In this document: positions 1-11,286 of the stretch, one piece after another
Layout: each line of letters opens with the position of its first letter
Position numbering within the stretch: the first letter of the stretch is position 1
Origin: Octopus bimaculoides
Lineage: Eukaryota
Length of the DNA stretch: 33,941 nucleotides
Assembly (NCBI RefSeq): GCF_001194135.2
Contig: NC_068984.1
Span: 72,463,579-72,497,519, forward strand
Reading direction: 5' to 3'
The notes under the pieces: generated by a model
What the model saw: only the letters and a program-made list of their open reading frames with translations
Databases searched by the model: none
What the model was told of the DNA's origin: nothing
Translations under genes and position numbers: made by a program

Positions 1-68
<68 letters not shown>
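1..68. repeat. (TA)n/(TG)n compound microsatellite
   Basis: Directly visible dinucleotide runs. Confidence 0.97.
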
Positions 69-69
<1 letters not shown>

Positions 70-358
70 CATGAGTATATATGTATACATGACATATATG
101 CAGTGCTATTTGAATTTCTAACATTCTCAGTGGTTTATTGATAATGCGTGTGCACTTCTCTCTCTGTCTCTCTCACACACACACATACACACTCGCTTGT
201 TCCTCCTCTCCCTGTCTCGGAATTAAGTATGAGCGAAAATCTTAGGTACATGCGTATTTGTAGAACACGTGTTTATATACGCACTGATCTGTGCTCTGTT
301 TCAATCTCTTTCATTAGAGAGGCAGGCAGACAGACAGACTCACTGAGTAACAGAGACA

Positions 359-359
359 C

Positions 360-408
<49 letters not shown>

Positions 409-450
409 TGTAGATAGATAAATATGTAGATAGATAAATAGATAGATATG

Positions 451-486
<36 letters not shown>
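359..486. repeat. (GATA)n tetranucleotide microsatellite
   Basis: About 30 GATA units with a few interruptions; explains the YLSI-repeat ORF at 340-561. Confidence 0.97.
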
Positions 487-488
<2 letters not shown>

Positions 489-956
489 CTCTTGATAACT
501 CGTTCCAGTTGACTACATTTATATTTCTAAATGTGTCTGTTTTGGTGAGAGTAAGAGGCAATAAATAATTGTATATATGTATATTTATATATATATATAT
601 ATATATATATGGGTTTCAATGAAATAATCAGTCATTAGGAAGGATGTAAAAATACTAACTTTGCAAAGACAAATCTATTCTTTTTTCCTTTTCTTTTAAT
701 CGTATTTACAAGCTGCAAAACAAAGTTACAGACATCTGGGTGTCTCGAAATGGAGCGTGAGAAGGGAAATATTTTCCCGCTTCAAGACGGGAAGACGCCA
801 TTCTCACCGATCGAAGTCTTCTCAACTGGTGTTTATCAGGCAGGAGTTATTTGTTTGCCCGGTCATAATGACTGAAATTATTTAACTACTTGTTGTGCTC
901 GTCTTTTGGATCACATTCTTCTCTGAATATATAGTTATTAGGTTTACTTTCTTGTT

Positions 957-969
957 TTTGTTGTTGTTG

Positions 970-1004
<35 letters not shown>

Positions 1005-1175
1005 TCTTCTTCTTCTTCTTCTTCTTCTTCTTCTTCTTCTTCTTCTCGTCCTCCTCCTCCTCCTTCTTCTTCTCCTCCTCCTCCTCTTCCTCCTCCTTCT
1101 TCTTCTTCTTCTTCATCACTTTCCTGTTGTTGATTTTCTTCTCGTCTTTCTTTCCCTCCTTCTTCTCTTTCTTTC
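957..1175. repeat. (TTG)n-(TTC)n-(CTC)n trinucleotide low-complexity tract
   Basis: Visible triplet runs; explains the poly-K/E and poly-L/F ORFs at 886-1206. Confidence 0.95.
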
Positions 1176-1388
1176 CTTCCTTCTTAATTTTAATCTTTGC
1201 TTCTAAATATTATTATCAACAGTTTTATTCGAGTTTCTACTGAACCAGTAAACGCAACATCGCGTTTCTAAGGTGTGCTCCGCATTATTTTTGAATGTGT
1301 AGATATGTATTTCTGTACTACAATATCGATTTTCATTGATGACAGACAAAATAAAAGTTTGTTTAAGAATTGGGTCTGCAATTTAAAT

Positions 1389-1701
1389 CTGGGGCTCAAA
1401 TTCCACTGAGGTTGTCTTTGCCTTTCATCTTTACAGGCTCAACAAAATGAAAATCATTTTAGAGTTGAGTGTCAATGAAATCGACTAGTCCTCTCCTCGA
1501 AAATATTTTAGACTTCGTGTTTATAATGGAAAGGAGTATTATTGTTCTATCTTTACGTTCTGAGTTCAAATTCCGTAGAGGTTGACTTTGCTTTTCATCC
1601 TTTTGGTGTCGATAAATTAAGTACTATTTGCGTATTTGGATCGATCTAATCTACTGGCCCCCACCCCAAAAATGTTGGGTCTTGTGCCTAGTGTAGAAAA
1701 G

Positions 1702-1733
<32 letters not shown>
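1389..1733 (+). mobile_element. tRNA-derived SINE family A, two 5'-truncated copies in tandem, ending in an (ATT)n tail
   Basis: B-box-like GAGTTCAAATTCC followed by GAGGTTGACTTTGC(C/T)TTTCATC at ~1395 and ~1562. The 3' end GTGCCTAGTGTAGAAAAGATTATT matches the copies at 4083-4710, 23929-24870 and 29820-30257. Confidence 0.85.
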
Positions 1734-1734
<1 letters not shown>

Positions 1735-2700
1735 TGATAAAAACACTCACTTTATTTTGCTGGGTATTATGGAACGTACCAGCTGCCCAAAGCCAGCAGA
1801 CTAAGATGACACTTATTTACTGATCATGCTTGAAGAAACCCCTCGGAGAACTCTTGCAGTTACAGGCAATGCTGAGTTTTGTAGGTGTTCTTTTTCGTAT
1901 CTTTACATTTGTACAAATCTTTTTGAGCCACTTTGGTAGTTAAGTGCTGATACTTCCTAACGCGCCAATTACCTGCTGGTATCACGTCCACTCTCTTCAT
2001 TGCTCACAATTTGTGTATTTCATATGTCAAATAGTCATAGATATTTACTTTGTCTTCTTTATCTTTGACCCTATGGAAACCAGGGCATGTTATGTCGATA
2101 ATCATCCAAGTCTTTTTTTTTTTTTTTTNNNNNNNNNNTTTTTTTTTTTTTTTCGTTCAACACAACAATGTCAAATTTCCGATGTCTGATCTGATTGTCA
2201 TACTCAATCATCGCATCCCAAAGGACTTTTCAATCTTTATTCTCAGTAACTCCTTCTGGGAGTTGGTCATACCACGTCTTTGTTCGTTTCAGACCATGAT
2301 TTCCACAGAACTCCCAGTGGATCATTCGTTCCACATAGTCGTCTTTTGTAGTCACGTTTTGCCAATTTCGGGCGTTCACTAATAATGACCCATACTGACC
2401 TCTCCCAACACATTTTGCATTTGTCGCTCTCACTTGTGTTGACAATACAGCACTTCACATAGCTCATCCTCGATGATTGTTCTTGTGCCGCGCATATTAG
2501 TGCTTCTGTCTCTATCTTCAAGTCACTCCTCCGTATCCATAACTGCCGGTCTTCTGTATCTTTGTTGGCGCTCGAATCTCTTGCAAACAGACCGTACATA
2601 TTCCTTCTTTCCATACTATTTCTTTTTCGTGTTCTTTCCCTCTTTTAGTTTCTCTTTCTTTACAAACTTATCAATTTTCACAGTGCCGGACTTGTTCACA
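1734..2700 (-). mobile_element. R4/Dong-like non-LTR retrotransposon (restriction-like endonuclease type), 5'-truncated and degenerate, copy 1
   Basis: Minus-strand translation across frameshifts gives DLKIETEALICAAQEQ, SDKCKMC, MIHWEFCGNHGL..TWYDQLPEGVTEN, K.LWDAMI and RKFDIVV..IIDITCPG, then a C-terminus ending ..TARVLRG. This fits the degenerate CCHC knuckle and PD..D endonuclease region of R2-superfamily elements. The 3'UTR (1734-1823) aligns by eye with 29716-29805 and ends in (AAT)n. Confidence 0.85.
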
Positions 2701-3542
2701 CGTTTCGGGTGACGAGATAGCAGAAGCGTTAAAGCGTCGGGAAAAATCTCTTCTCGCATCTCTTCCTGTTCTTTCCATTCTGACGTCAGTTGCCTCGGAT
2801 TTTGTTGTTACTAGTTCTAGACTTTAGCTGATTGAAGTCTAAGCCTATAATTGTTGAAATTTTGTTGCTTTGAAAATACTGCATTCGTTATCTTTTTATT
2901 ATAGTCTACAATACCATGTTAGCGATCTTTTTACTTAATTAACTAAAATGGTGTCTACCTTCTCAATAATCTCCTTCCATCAACTCTTCTAAGGATATAC
3001 AATCGTTACCTGTCAAACATAATCTGAACTATGTGACTTTTTTTAAATGGATTTTTTCTGTATCATATTTTAAAGTATTTAAATCTGTAATGTTCCAGTC
3101 CAGTACCACAGACTTAAAAGTTTTAGCAGACACGGGATATGAGCTGATAGCACAGATCTTATTCAAGATACAGAGGTGAATTTTTCTATTGTCATTTGGT
3201 CACTTTCCAAATGTAGATTTCATAATAATGTGTGTAGAAAGCAGAATTGTGTCCGTCTCTGTCGGTCTGAAATTGCATAGCAGGTTTTATGATTGCAAGA
3301 TTATTGACAAAGTCTGCGCTCTTTGGTCAAACTCTCAAATTCAAGTTCCAGTTGAAGAGACATGTGAGGCTAACGAGGGCGTGGAAGATTTTGTTTACTT
3401 AATTTGGTGACATACAGGAGTGAGTGACATTAACAGTCCGTATAAATGGGCCATAGACTCAACATGCAGCTATAAACCGTAGAACATTTTCCAAACATTG
3501 TTTTGTGTTATGCCTGTTATTTTACATATTCAATGGAAATTT

Positions 3543-3576
<34 letters not shown>

Positions 3577-3649
3577 ATTTATCCTATGTAATGCTCCCTC
3601 AATAGCGGTCTATGTAGTAAATAAACTGTCACCATTGTTGGTGAAAGTG

Positions 3650-3800
3650 TGTGAGATTTAAAGTGTGTGAGATTCAACTTAGATTCATAAGGTCATCAGA
3701 TGAATCCCTGTATTGGGCAGCGCATTGTGATCTTGAACGAGACGCTTCATTTCTCGCTGCTTCAATCTACTCTGCCGTAAATATCAGCCAGGTGCTGGAG
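3650..3800 (+). mobile_element. degenerate tRNA-derived SINE family C (CORE-like body)
   Basis: GGGCAGCGCATTGTGATCTTGAACGAGACGCTTCATTTCTCGCTGCTTC resembles the bodies of the copies at 13727-13860 (+) and 30590-30710 (-). Confidence 0.5.
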
Positions 3801-4037
3801 CAGCTCTATCTTCCACCAACTCTCACGTTCTGGATGAACTTACGGGTCAAGAGTGAGGAGGGGCGACAGAGTGTCTATGTTTCCTCTCATTTACATAAAC
3901 ACCTTAAACGATTATAGTAAGCATATGTGTTACTCTCGATCATTCTTGCTCGTGAGTAACGAGTAACTGTAACTTGCTACTTCATCATTATCATTAGTGT
4001 TATCACCATTAGTTCTATTATTCTTATTATAAGGAAG

Positions 4038-4082
<45 letters not shown>

Positions 4083-4084
<2 letters not shown>

Positions 4085-4710
4085 GGGGACGAAATGGCAA
4101 AATCGTTAGCACACCTGACAAAATGCTTAGCGGCTTTTCGTCTACTTTTACGTTCTGAGTTTAATTTCTACAGAGATCGACTTTGCCTTTCATCTTTTTC
4201 GTGAGGTCGATAAAATACGTACCCGTTGAACACTGTGACCGACGTATTCGATAATGTCCCCCTTCCTGAAAATTTCAGGCTTTCTGCCTATAGTCGATAG
4301 GATTATAAATAAATTCATATTTAGCACGCAAGACTATAGACCATTTTCTCCTGGTTTTTCGATCTGAATTCAAATTCCGTCGAGGTCGACTTTGCCTTTC
4401 ATCCTTTTCGAGGGTCGATAAAATAAGTACACGCTGAGCACTGGGACCAACGTATTCGGCTGTCTCCCTCCCCTAAAACTTCAGGCCTTCTACTTATTGT
4501 CGATAGGATTATAAGTAAATGACTTTAGACTTTGCAGCATTTCTTCAGGCTTTACGTTCTGAGCCCAAATTCCGTCGAGGTCGACTTTATCTTTTATCGT
4601 TTTTGGAGTTCGATAAAATAAGTATCAGTTGAGCACTGGGGTAGAGGTAATTGATTAGCTTCTCCCGCAACATTTCAGGTCCTGTGCCTATAATAGACAG
4701 AATTATTAGT
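4083..4710 (+). mobile_element. SINE family A head-to-tail trimer (one full-length, two 5'-truncated)
   Basis: tRNA-like head TGGCAAAATCGTTAGCAC at ~4095. Three repeats of AAATT(C/T)C..GAG(G/A)TCGACTTT..CTTT(C/T)ATC..GATAAAATA at ~4165, ~4372 and ~4567, each ending ..TATAGTCGATAGGATTAT or similar. Confidence 0.9.
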
Positions 4711-5045
4711 AAATATATTGTCACTGTCGCAAAAAGTATTTATTGAGTTACTAGTCATGATTATGTTGAGATTATTGTTCTGGTTAATAACGTTATCGAA
4801 GTTAATGTTATAAACAGTTGTGCAATTCTCTAGAACCATGATTAATTATCAAATGAGATTTATCAATTGTGAAAATAAGAGAAAAAAACTACGATCAGGG
4901 GAAAGATGACGCCGAAATATCATTGAAATGTACATAAGAAGAAGAATTAAAATAACTACAGATAAAAAGAGATAACAATGAATAAAAAAATAACTAATGT
5001 AAATTATACAGGCATAACAAATTCTAAATAGTTAAATAATCATCA

Positions 5046-5392
5046 TGTGTGTGTGTGTATGTGTGTGCGTGCGCACGCGTGTGTGTGCGTGTGTGCGTGT
5101 GTGTGTGTATGTGTGCGCGTACGTGCGTGTATGTGTGTATACGGCTATGGCTGGTCTACCAGAGAACCGAGACCTCCCATTGTGAATAGATACGTTAGTA
5201 TGGTATATAAAGTGAGAAATGTATACCTTTTATCAAAAGGATTTTGCAAGGAACGTCGCCTGCCTTACCAGATATACATACACAGCACACATATGCACAA
5301 ACACACTTATATGTGCTCTCAAAAACATTCTCACAACTATGTAATGTTGCTTATAGACATACATACATACATACATTCATACATATCTTTCT

Positions 5393-5462
<70 letters not shown>
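5046..5462. repeat. (TG/CG)n, (TACA)n, (CT)n and (TA)n microsatellite blocks
   Basis: Visible runs at 5046-5135 and 5355-5462. Confidence 0.9.
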
Positions 5463-5659
5463 NNNNNNNNNNNTATACGAGGTATGTATGGATGTATTTA
5501 TGCGGTTGTTCATAGCTTAATGCGATCAATTGTTCTCCGAATTCTTCCGTATATATCTGCGTTAATCAAATTTAATAATCAATGAGAATAATTATAATTA
5601 ATCGTATACAATAAAAAAATGGAAAACAGTTTGTAATTACTGTAAATCATTTATTTTTT

Positions 5660-6130
5660 CGTTAAAGTTTTATAAGTGCCAATTGAACAGTTTTTAATAT
5701 TTTTGTTTCTCTTCATGCATTTTGCAATAACAAGCAATTTGTTTATCTAAACATCGGCAAATGAAAATACTTCTGGCGACATTCGGATCAATAGCCATTA
5801 ATCGTTGTTTGGCCGATTCTTTATCCCGGAAAAAATTCATCAAGTTCCTTCACTGTTGTTTCCTTTGAGTCGTTTCCCGTTTCTTCACATTTTATTTCCT
5901 TCCCTCTTTTTTTTCTGCTTTGGTTCATAGGCTGTTGTGCTCGATTTCAATGAGATCATCGTGTTTTGATTGTGAAGCCAATAATTTACGAATATTTCCT
6001 GGATAAATATGATTGAGGACAAGATCTCTTCCAATGGTAGCAATTTCATCATTGACTTCGTTTATTAGAGTTTTGGAGGCACTAAAATAATAAGCGCATT
6101 CAGACAAAAAGTTCTCTCAGACGACTCTTA
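5660..6130 (-). mobile_element. Tigger/pogo-like (CENP-B family) transposase C-terminal fragment, degenerate
   Basis: Minus strand reads VNDEIATIGRDLVL..NIRKLLASQSKHDDLIEIEH, then NLMNFFRDKESAKQRLMAIDPNVARSIFICRCLDKQIACYCKMHEEKQKY. This resembles the Tigger-type C-terminus (DIEELL.SH..L..EDLIE; DPN.ERS). It contains stops and the call is by recalled similarity, not a search. Confidence 0.6.
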
Positions 6131-6411
6131 TACAGCCGATTCACAGATTAAAAAAAACTGTGATTATTTTAAGTGTTTGTTAATGTTAAATTGCCTCAAA
6201 TATTTTTGAAAACCTGAAGTTTCTTCTTCAATTGCGACTTAAATGCCTGGGAGAAGGTTTATTGTGCATAAAAGGTTTTAAATGTAGTTATTATTCCTCG
6301 TGAAAATCTGTAACAGTGATTTTTATCTGGTGATAAATGAATATAACCAGCAAATTAATACAAAAATTAAATGGGCTTGAATGGCCAGAAAATATTATTA
6401 TCATTGGAAAG

Positions 6412-7460
6412 TATCATTCCAGGAAGTATCATCCTAGAAATTATCCAGGAAGTAGCTAAGATTCGGGATTTTCCAGGAAATAGCTTATCATCGGAGTTTC
6501 CCAGGAAACCTCGAAACTTTCCAGGAAATAGCTCACCCTCGGATCTTTCAAGGAAATCATCGGAAAATTCCAGGAAGTACTATCATCGGATCTTTCCAGA
6601 AAATCATGGGAACTTTCCAAGAAGTACCACTATCGAAACTTTCCAGGAAGTAACATATCTTCGGATAATTCTAAGAAATCCACGGAACTTTCCAGGAAGT
6701 TGCTTATCCTCGGATATTCACAGGAAATCATGGGAAATTCCCAGGAAGTATCGTCTTTGGAACTTTCCAGGAAGTAGTTTATACTCGGAACTTTCCAGGA
6801 AACCATCGGAACTTTCATTGAAAACCAATCCTTAGAACTTTCCAGGAAGTAGTCAATCCTCGGATATTTCCAGGAATTCCTAGGAACTTTCCAGGAAATA
6901 GCTCATCCTCGGATCTTTCCAGAAAATCATCGGAGCATTCCAGGACATAGTTCATCCTCGGATCATTCCAGGAAAGGCTGGGAACACTCCGGGAAGTATT
7001 ATCCTCGGAATTTTCCACGAAATAGCTCATTTTCAGATCTTCNNNNNNNNNNNNNNNNNNNNNNNNNNNNNNNNNNNNNNNNNNNNNNNNNNNNNNNNNN
7101 NNNNNNNNNNNNNNNNNNNNNNNNNNNNNNNNNNNNNNNNNNNNNNNNNNNNNNNNNNNNNNNNNNNNNNNNNNNNNNNNNNNNNNNNNNNNNNNNNNNN
7201 NNNNNNNNNNNNNNNNNNNNNNNNNNNNNNNNNNNNNNNNNNNNNNNNNNNNNNNNNNNNNNNNNNNNNNNNNNNNNNNNNNNNNNNNNNNNNNNNNNNN
7301 NNNNNNNNNNNNNNNNNNNNNNNNNNNNNNNNNNNNNNNNACTTTCCCAGAAGTACCATCCTCAGAACTTTCCAGGAAGTAGCTCATCCTCGGATGTTTC
7401 TAGGAAATCCTCGGTACTTTCCAGGAAGTACCATCCTCGCAACTTTCCAGGAAGTAGCTC
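6412..7460. repeat. minisatellite of alternating ~20 and ~28 nt subunits around a TTCCAGGAA core, with an N gap at 7043-7340
   Basis: About 15 exact TTCCAGGAA plus many single-change variants counted by eye. A typical unit is GGAACTTTCCAGGAAGTAGCTCATCCTCGGATCTTTCCAGGAAATCATC. Confidence 0.95.
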
Positions 7461-9432
7461 AGAAAGGGAAATTGTATTAGAAAAAGTTTTTATCTCTGTT
7501 CACGGTAAGTATTGGGGCTAGGAAAAATAGAAGAGGCCTTAAGAAGTTGAGTTAAGAATTGGTTTAACAGACAATTAAGCTGTAAGAATTATCGGGGAAA
7601 TTGTATGTAAGAATTAATAGCAGACGTATCCAATTTAAGAAAAGTGAAGATAAAAGCTAAGTGAAGAAGTATGGAATAAGTAATTGTTATACTCTTGTAG
7701 GAAAACAATTTATATTATAGAATACTTACATAACTGTTGAAGACGGAAATTTATGTGAGAGCTATTTATTTTGGACGTGTGTGTAGAGAAAGTGAAAGAC
7801 ATGAAATGGACGTGTGTGTATGTGTACGTGTGTTTTTTACGGCTAATTTAGCCGGAGTTTTGCAGTCAGCAGGAGGTGGTTTGTGTTTTATCTCTCGATC
7901 AATGGCCGGACAAGTGAAAATATTTTTTTTAATATGTGTTTTGGGGAAAGAGCATCTTTTGAAGTGGGCGTCAAATGAAAAGAGACATGGACAGTTTTAT
8001 GACTGAACTTCTTTTGAAGTTGGCGTGCAGCGGAAGAATTGATGTGCATGCGTATGTCTGTGTGTGTGCGTGTATGTTTTATGGGGTGTGCGAGACAGAG
8101 AGAGTAATGTTAATGGTGTATGTGTATATGAGAGAGAGAGACAGAGAGAGAGAAAAGGAAGGAAAGCAAGAGAGAGAGAGATAACTAAAATGCATTCAGG
8201 TTTTTTAGTGAGTGAATGTGTGAGTGATTGACAGAGAAAAACCGAGAGAGAGAGTGAGAGAGACAGTAATTATGTATGTATGTATGTAGGAATGGCTTCA
8301 GTGATACACACTCACATACACGCACGCACGTAGGTTGTTTTAATNNNNNNNNNNNNNNNNNNNNNNNNNNNNNNNNNNNNNNNNNNNNNNNNNNNNNNNN
8401 NNNNNNNNNNNNNNNNNNNNNNNNNNNNNNNNNNNNNNNNNNNNNNNNNNNNNNNNNNNNNNNNNNNNNNNNNNNNNNNNNNNNNNNNNNNNNNNNNNNN
8501 NNNNNNNNNNNNNNNNNNNNNNNNNNNNNNNNNNNNNNNNNNNNNNNNNNNNNNNNNNNNNNNNNNNNNNNNNNNNNNNNNNNNNNNNNNNNNNNNNNNN
8601 NNNNNNNNNNNNNNNNNNNNNNNNNNNNNNNNNNNNNNNNNNNNNNNNNNNNNNNNNNNNNNNNNNNNNNNNNNNNNNNNNNNNNNNNNNNNNNNNNNNN
8701 NNNNNNNNNNATATATTTAAATCCAAGAAAGTTAGGGGTTGTGAATCCAACCCACTAAGGGATAATATCTATCCAATATACTGCCGGAAGGGTACCCAAT
8801 TATTATTACACTAGTGTTTTTTCTTTGCATTACCAAGTGAAATAAATGGGTGCCGATAAAAAGATATTTTAGTCTTAATTTATAAAGCAATAAGAAAATG
8901 GAGGGGATTAGGTGGCATTCATCAACTTGCAGACATTGTATTGTGTCAATTTACCTGTTTATTTGTTTACTAAAAGGACAATAATAACAATATACAAACA
9001 CATGCGACATATTATGTCACGTCAGTAATTAAAAAAGGACATCTAGTGACAGAAAATGGAATAATGACTTATAGCTGTTTCAGACTTGAGGTGACATGCC
9101 TCATTCTATCTATATAACTCCAATAGGCTGAAGTAATTAATAGATAAAATGAATGAAATAGAGGCACATGGATGATTTTCTAGGCCTCTTCAGAGATTTT
9201 ATAAAGTTCATAAGGTTAATTTAATATATCCAAATATAAAAATATAAAAACCGTAAAAATTCACATATATATGCATACTTTAACATGCATAGATATTCAT
9301 AAATAAACATAAATACATAAATACATATATGTATATTTAAATGTACATACACAAATGTCTATACATGCACACCAATGAGTCAATTATTATTGTTATTATA
9401 CATGAGGAGGACACATATATATAACCCCCCAT

Positions 9433-9510
9433 ACACACACACACATATATACATACATACATACATACATACATACATACATACATACATACACATATGT
9501 ATACATAAGC
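9433..9510. repeat. (CA)n/(TACA)n microsatellite
   Basis: Directly visible. Confidence 0.93.
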
Positions 9511-10177
9511 ATTTCCGTACAGACATGTTCATTGGTACATACGCATTAGTTGCGTTTGGAATGGAGGACTGGTGCATTGGTTCGTATCGTTATATTTCCA
9601 ACAAAAAGTCCAAACCTATATATATATATATATATATTCTTTTTACATCAGAAACCTATGGGGTACGTACGTATCAGTTATGTTTGTAATGCAGGAATTT
9701 ATACAATTAGTTCGTGAGAATTCTAACAGTAATATCCAAATTTCTATAAAACTGTGATGAGTTACTCCGTTATTTTTCTGTTTATGGAGTAGTTGGAATA
9801 TTGCTGGTAGTGGGGAGGGGTAATTTTTGCTGTTCAGTCCCCTCATCTAATTGGTCATCTATTGTTTTAAAATGTCTTGGCTTAGCTACGGTTGGACAAC
9901 CATTAACCGGTCAAATGAGTTAGGCATGAATATATATATACATACACATACATATACATTCATATATATATATATGTATATACGTACACATATATGCACA
10001 CACTTTTTGTCAGTAGTATGCAAATTCCAAATAATTGTCGGTGCATTGAGATTATATCCCTTCATTCAGAGTCAATAGCTGTTCATGCTAGGAATTTGTT
10101 TTAATTTATATCAAAGCGGAGATAATTTCTATAAATCAAGAAAATTCCCTATACAGCAGTCAGTAAAACAGTTTTTT

Positions 10178-10401
10178 TTTTACTTGTCATTAGATTGCGG
10201 CCATACCGGGGCACCTCCTTGAATTTTTAGTCGAATGAATTGACCCCAGGACTAATTTTTACGCCTAATACTTATTATGTCGATCTCTTTGCCGAACCGC
10301 TAAAATACAGGGATGCAAAAACATCAGCACCGGTTCTCAAGTGGTGGTGGGGGAACAAACACAAGCAGAAAGACACACACACTTAGGCATACTTAAATAC
10401 A

Positions 10402-10437
<36 letters not shown>

Positions 10438-10505
10438 TATATACGATGTAATTCTTTCAGTTTGCATCAACCAAATTCACTCAAAAGGCTTTGGACGGCC
10501 GAGGT
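10178..10505 (-). mobile_element. SINE family B copy lacking its tRNA head
   Basis: Aligns with 22018-22388: GATTGCGGCCAT, GACCCCAGGACT, TTTGCCGAACCGCTAA, GGTGGGG(G/A)ACAAACACA, internal (TACA)n, TCTTTCAGTTT..CCAAAT(T/C)CACTCA(A/C)AAGGCTTTGG. Confidence 0.85.
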
Positions 10506-10753
10506 CACGCGTTGCTTTCTTTTTTTTATAACATATAAAAATATAGAGACATACACAAACATACATATACAAGCATGCACACATACACACAAACACACAC
10601 ACCTGCACGCACACATACAACAAAAATAATAATAATAATATTCTATCTATTAAACGCATGAGCTACGAATATAAAGGATTGTGAAGATTAATATAAACAT
10701 GCATAAACATCTAAATCGTTGACGATTTTCTTCCTCCGTCTTCCCTTCTTGTA

Positions 10754-10791
10754 GACTTTCTGAAGAAGGGCTTTGCTCGAAGCGTAAAATC
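10754..10791 (+). ncRNA. degenerate minimal hammerhead-ribozyme motif of the Penelope-like retroelement type
   Basis: GACTTT-CTGAAGA-A-GGGC-TTT-GCTC-GAAG-CGTA-AAATC. The CUGANGA core is at 10760-10766, followed by a 4-bp stem II (one G-U) and GAAG in place of GAAA. There is a GUA cleavage-triplet position at 10784-10786 and a partial stem I. Confidence 0.5.
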
Positions 10792-11126
10792 GCCTTTTTT
10801 TCCTTTCCTGAGCGTCTGATAATGCAGTACTTGTACCACGTCCTCGCGTTGTTGTTTTTTCTTGTTTGTTCTTCCTAGCTTTGATTCACTGTATATATAT
10901 ANNNNNNNNNNNNNNNNNNNNNNNNNNNNNNNNNNNNNNNNNNNNNNNNNNNNNNNNNNNNNNNNNNNNNNNNNNNNNNNNNNNNNNNNNNNNNNNNNNN
11001 NNNNNNNNNNNNNNNNNNNNNNNNNNNNNNNNNNNNNNNNNNNNNNNNNNNNNNNNNNNNNNNNNNNNNNNNNNNNNNNNNNNNNNNNNNNNNNNNNNNN
11101 NNNNNNNNNNNNNNNNNNNNNNNNNN

Positions 11127-11127
<1 letters not shown>

Positions 11128-11183
<56 letters not shown>

Positions 11184-11192
11184 TAGATAGAT

Positions 11193-11285
<93 letters not shown>
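11128..11285. repeat. (GATA)n microsatellite bordering an N gap
   Basis: About 39 GATA units. Confidence 0.97.

Positions 11286-11286
<1 letters not shown>

Noticed and set aside
886-1206. Poly-K/E and poly-L/F ORFs
   Set aside because: Translations of the (TTC)n/(CTC)n microsatellite.
2700-3430. Possible old RTE-like LINE remnant on the minus strand (EIIEKVD..F-like stretch near 2950-2975)
   Set aside because: Too many stops and frameshifts, and no diagnostic RT motif I could read with confidence.
6371-7387. ORFs on both strands across the minisatellite
   Set aside because: Open frames are explained by the repeat unit and the N gap; subunit lengths are not consistently multiples of three.
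6412-7460. CRISPR-like appearance of a palindromic repeat with intervening sequence
   Set aside because: The intervening sequences are variants of each other rather than unique spacers, there are no cas genes, and the context is eukaryotic.
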